Source of the DNA: Tricharina praecox
Lineage: Eukaryota
Direction of reading: 5' to 3'
Length of the DNA: 64,000 nt
Assembly: GCF_024521635.1 (NCBI RefSeq)
Contig: NW_026250416.1
Coordinates: 310,001 to 374,000, forward strand
In this document: positions 60,425 through 64,000 of the stretch, piece after piece
Layout: each line of letters opens with the position of its first letter
How positions within the stretch are numbered: position 1 is the first letter of the stretch
Program-made: the position numbers and the translations under genes
The notes under the pieces: generated by a model
Database searches by the model: none
Seen by the model: the letters and a program-made list of their open reading frames with translations, nothing else
Told to the model about the DNA's origin: nothing

Positions 60425-62061
60425 CTCTAGGATGTGGGCTACTAAGAGAACAGTGTGATAGTAGTTTCTGAGTGAGTAGATGGTAAAGTGGGAGTTCTGA
60501 GAGAGGTTGTTGAGCGATACTCTAGTATCGTGATGTTCTATGGTACGCGCTTGTGGGGGGGACAGCCGGGTGTACATAAATGGTTAGTTCCGCGGGGGGT
60601 CTTGGCCTGGGAGTAACATATAATGATGGCGTACACGGGACCCATGGCACGTGACCGATATTTACGTGCATATGTACGACATCGAGAACTCTGAAAGCGC
60701 ATGATCAAACCTACACACTTCACATCGACGTCGTCGAGCCGATAGTCTACGGAGGGCTGGTTCTTCGGCGGCCTGACACGAGCACAAGCCGCCGGTTGTC
60801 CCGTCACGGACAGCCAAAATGCCGCGCTGGGCGTGTGCCAGTTCCGTCTCGTATCAGCCCATCCGTATTAAAGCGTCCCTGGAAACGGCAGTCTATGCAT
60901 GTACGGTATGGAGCAATAGGGTGTTGGTACTGAAGGCTCTATATAGCATGAAATACGGACCGGTGTTTTGGCCCGACTGTTTGCCTCAGACTTCTCTGCC
61001 CAGTGTCCAGACCCCCGCTAAAAATATCAGCCCAGCCTGCCGAGCAACGCAAAGCCTCTTCCGGGAATCGGCTCAAGGTTCCTCGACTTGCCGGGGACAC
61101 ATCGCGATAAATCTCGAGCAACAGATTGCCAGGAGAAGTGCCATAAGTATCCGACACTGCGCGTCTCGGATCCCTTGACCCATCGCCAAGTGTCGGCATG
61201 GTCTTCCATCCAGCTGATGCCAGTTGCGTGGTGGATTTGCACAGAAAACGAGGCGGCTACATACTCGAACTCCTTCTAAGTTCTGAGGCATACAAAGCCA
61301 AGAACTCTGCGCCCGCTGGTGCGTGGAGGCGATGCGAGAAAAGCTACCTAACTTATTCTATGTATCTACACGGCACTTGAACGAAGAGCTTCCTCTCGGC
61401 TACAACACCCACAGCCATTGCCACCGCCAGAAAGAATCCCGCCCACGCGCACAACCGCACGGACAGAAGCAGGGCTGGATGCGCGAGGAAAAAAGAAGCT
61501 GAAGAGAACGGAGCCGAACGGCGGAAAGCGGGAGTCTCACGGGCAAGCCCCTGCGGAGGTTCGACACCGCATCCGGAGCTACGGCCTGCCCCAGCATCAG
61601 CCCAACCCTCCCTTGAAGCACAAGCCAATGACGCGCTGGCTTGGCCCGCCGACTAGGCCTGTCCATTGATTAATCGTCGGGCCTCATGAGGTAAACTTCA
61701 CGGCACTCGACAAGACCGCCGAGTGCCTTCTGCCGAGCCCCCAAGAAGAAACACGAAGTAGAAGAGGGGACAGGACACGGGCGGCGGCGACGGCGAAAGA
61801 ACGAGAGATCGCTCTCTCCTCTCTGTCCCCTCGCCCCCAGCCCCAGAATCCGAAACACATCCATCCACCTCAACGGCAAATCCACTCACACCCGCCGTGC
61901 GCCACCTTCCCGATTGCCATCCGTTGCTAGATATCCATCACGCAACAGACAAACCTTATACATACTGCAGTCGCGGCTCCGACTGGCGACAGCAGCAGCA
62001 CCGAACGCACAAACACACATCCCGTTCCATAGTACATCCTCCGTCCGCAGCCCAAGCGGCA

Positions 62062-63598
62062 ATGAGTTTGTTCCTCCGTTCCTCCGTTCTTCCGTTCTTC
62101 CCGTCCCCCGTTCCCCCCATCCGCACTGCTCGTCCCCCCCCAGCGTGCTCATACTTACTCAACCATTCCTGTAGCCGCAAAAAGCATCCATGCGTCGGTT
62201 CTAGTGTTCCCGGATGTCGATATCGAACCCACGTCCGCCGACGACGTTTCGCTCGCACTACCCGGCAACACATCGTTCTCTCTTTACGTTACTCAACCGA
62301 ACATTGTAACCCTCTTCACCGCTGGCACCAACAACGGCGATGAATTGAAGGGTACGCTGCACTTTCCGGACCTGCTGCCGTCATCGGTCTGCCGCAACAT
62401 CACCACGCTCCCGCGCACTTCCCTTTACGACGACCTCCAGAAGACTACATACTCGAGCACCCACGTCATCGCCTTCGCTCCGTGGTCGCTCGGATGCAAC
62501 AAGGAGTTCCTAGATCGTGCTCGCGACGACCGCAGCGATGTCCAAGGCTTCTTCTTCTACACGCTCGACCACATGGATCAGATTCCGGGCAGCGGGAATG
62601 AATACTGGGATGGGATTCGGTTGCGTGACTACGGCTTTCCCATCTACGGTATGAGAGGACGCGAGGGCGTGCTGTTGATGGACAAATACACACAGTATGC
62701 GACGGAGAAGAGCATGCTGAGCGACGTCAACAACATGACTGGGCGTGCGCGCATCTTCATTGATGTGGACACCGGGAAGCGCGCTCCGCTGCCGGGGCTG
62801 TGGCTATTCCTGCTCATTGTGATGTCTGTGCTACTGGTCGCGGTCGGATTGACGTCGCTGTCGATGCATCTGCTGCAATACTACCGGCGCCGCTCGTTGC
62901 GCAGGAGGGTCGCTGCTGGCGAGGTGGATCTGGAAGCTCTCGGCATAAAGCGGCTGCGAGTACCACGGAAGGTCCTCAACAAACTCCCGCTCCGTCCGTA
63001 CACTACCGATAAAAGCGACAGCTACTCGCAACAGAGCTGTTCCATCTGCCTCGAAGATTTCGTGTTGGACGTGACCACAGTACGCGAGTTGCCGTGCAAA
63101 CATATATACCATCCCGCCTGCATCGACAGCTTCCTGGAGCAGCAGAGCAGTCTGTGTCCGCTATGCAAGAACAGCGCTCTGCCGAAGGGATACGTCCCCG
63201 AACGGCTTACCAACCGCACCGTCGTACTCGAGCGGAATGCGCGGCAGCAGCGCGAAAGGGCGGCGCGGCGGAACGGTGAGAGGATCGACCCGTCGATGTG
63301 GTCGAGGCTTAAGAACATGGTTTGGGGCCGTGGTGGGGGTCGCCCTGGCGTGGACTCCAGGAGCGACGCGACACCCACCCCAAACGCGATCGAGATGCGG
63401 CGTCGAACAGTGCCGGCGGGAAGTAGGGAGGGCAGGAGTGGAGTCCTAGTTGCTGAGGTGGAAGAGGGCCCCGTTAGGGGAGGGAAATGTAAGACCCCAC
63501 CACCACCATCGCCCATCTCCCGTTCCCATATATTGTGCATCAGCTAATGATCTCCAGTCCGGAGAGCAGTACGCGCTGTCTTCCCCGGATTCCAGTGA
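62062..63598 (+). CDS. Transmembrane RING-H2 E3 ubiquitin ligase with luminal PA-like region (3 exons; first coding exon is 4 nt)
   Basis: A TM segment (LWLFLLIVMSVLLVAVGLTSL) and motif AGEVDLEALGIKRL precede the RING-H2 CSICLEDF...RELPCKHIYHPACIDSFL...CPLCK. The first junction ATGA/GTTTGT...TGTAG/CC is in frame. The last exon reads FRRAVRAVFPGFQ*. The start is less certain than the body. Confidence 0.88.
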
Positions 63599-64000
63599 AA
63601 TGATCAGCCTCTGCGTCGAAGCGGTTTTACCTCTTATTTTCTTTTGTTTCCTTTGGTGCCTTCACTGAACGGATTTGTACTTGGCATTGTTTGATCTGGG
63701 TTGCGTTGAGCACTTAATGCATATTTTTTACCCGTGGTTGGGTTGGTACTGGTGTTTTGTTTTGTTTTTTCTTTCTTTTTCTTTTCTTTTTCCTTTCCTG
63801 TTCCACTGACCCTGGCTATTTGCAAACCAGTGTTGTTTCTTCTTGCCCCCCTAACTATCTCCCTCTTCTTCTTTTTCTCTTTCTCTGTGGAAATTCTTGA
63901 GGTGTCTGGGTCGGCGTTGGCGTCATCATTTTTTGCGTGATCAGCGGGCGGGCGAGCGGTGCACGGGGATGGGGATGGGACGGGAGGACGGGTTGGGCTG

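Overview
Eukaryotic, intron-containing DNA from a filamentous ascomycete; the gene content and intron style suggest a Pezizomycete, which is an inference. The left end carries a mitochondrial NADH-cytochrome b5 reductase (MCR1) and the ERAD Sel1-repeat protein (HRD3). A region of about 32 kb (6.2-38.1 kb) follows with no long ORF. In its middle is a 56-aa Cys/His micro-protein gene below the ORF-track cutoff (27155-27325, C-x8-CGH-x7-C-x9-C-x13-C-x2-C). It has a TATA box, an ATG-free C/A-rich leader and a canonical intron downstream of its stop codon. Next come a disrupted NACHT-ankyrin NLR pseudogene, a nest of repeats and a spliced 40-aa cationic micro-peptide gene. A compact housekeeping block follows: Snapin/BLOC-1-like, NPR2, urease, a WD40 protein, an 11-exon LaeA-like methyltransferase, ADA3/NGG1 and a transmembrane RING-H2 E3 ligase. 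Three dispersed repeat families can be resolved by eye. Two are 5'-truncated non-LTR retroelement ends with (AATC)n or (CT)n tails and 11-15 bp target-site duplications. The third is a non-coding unit of about 550-590 bp that occurs in tandem and circularly permuted copies and has a conserved, foldable core of about 118 nt. All product calls come from recognised motifs, not database searches.
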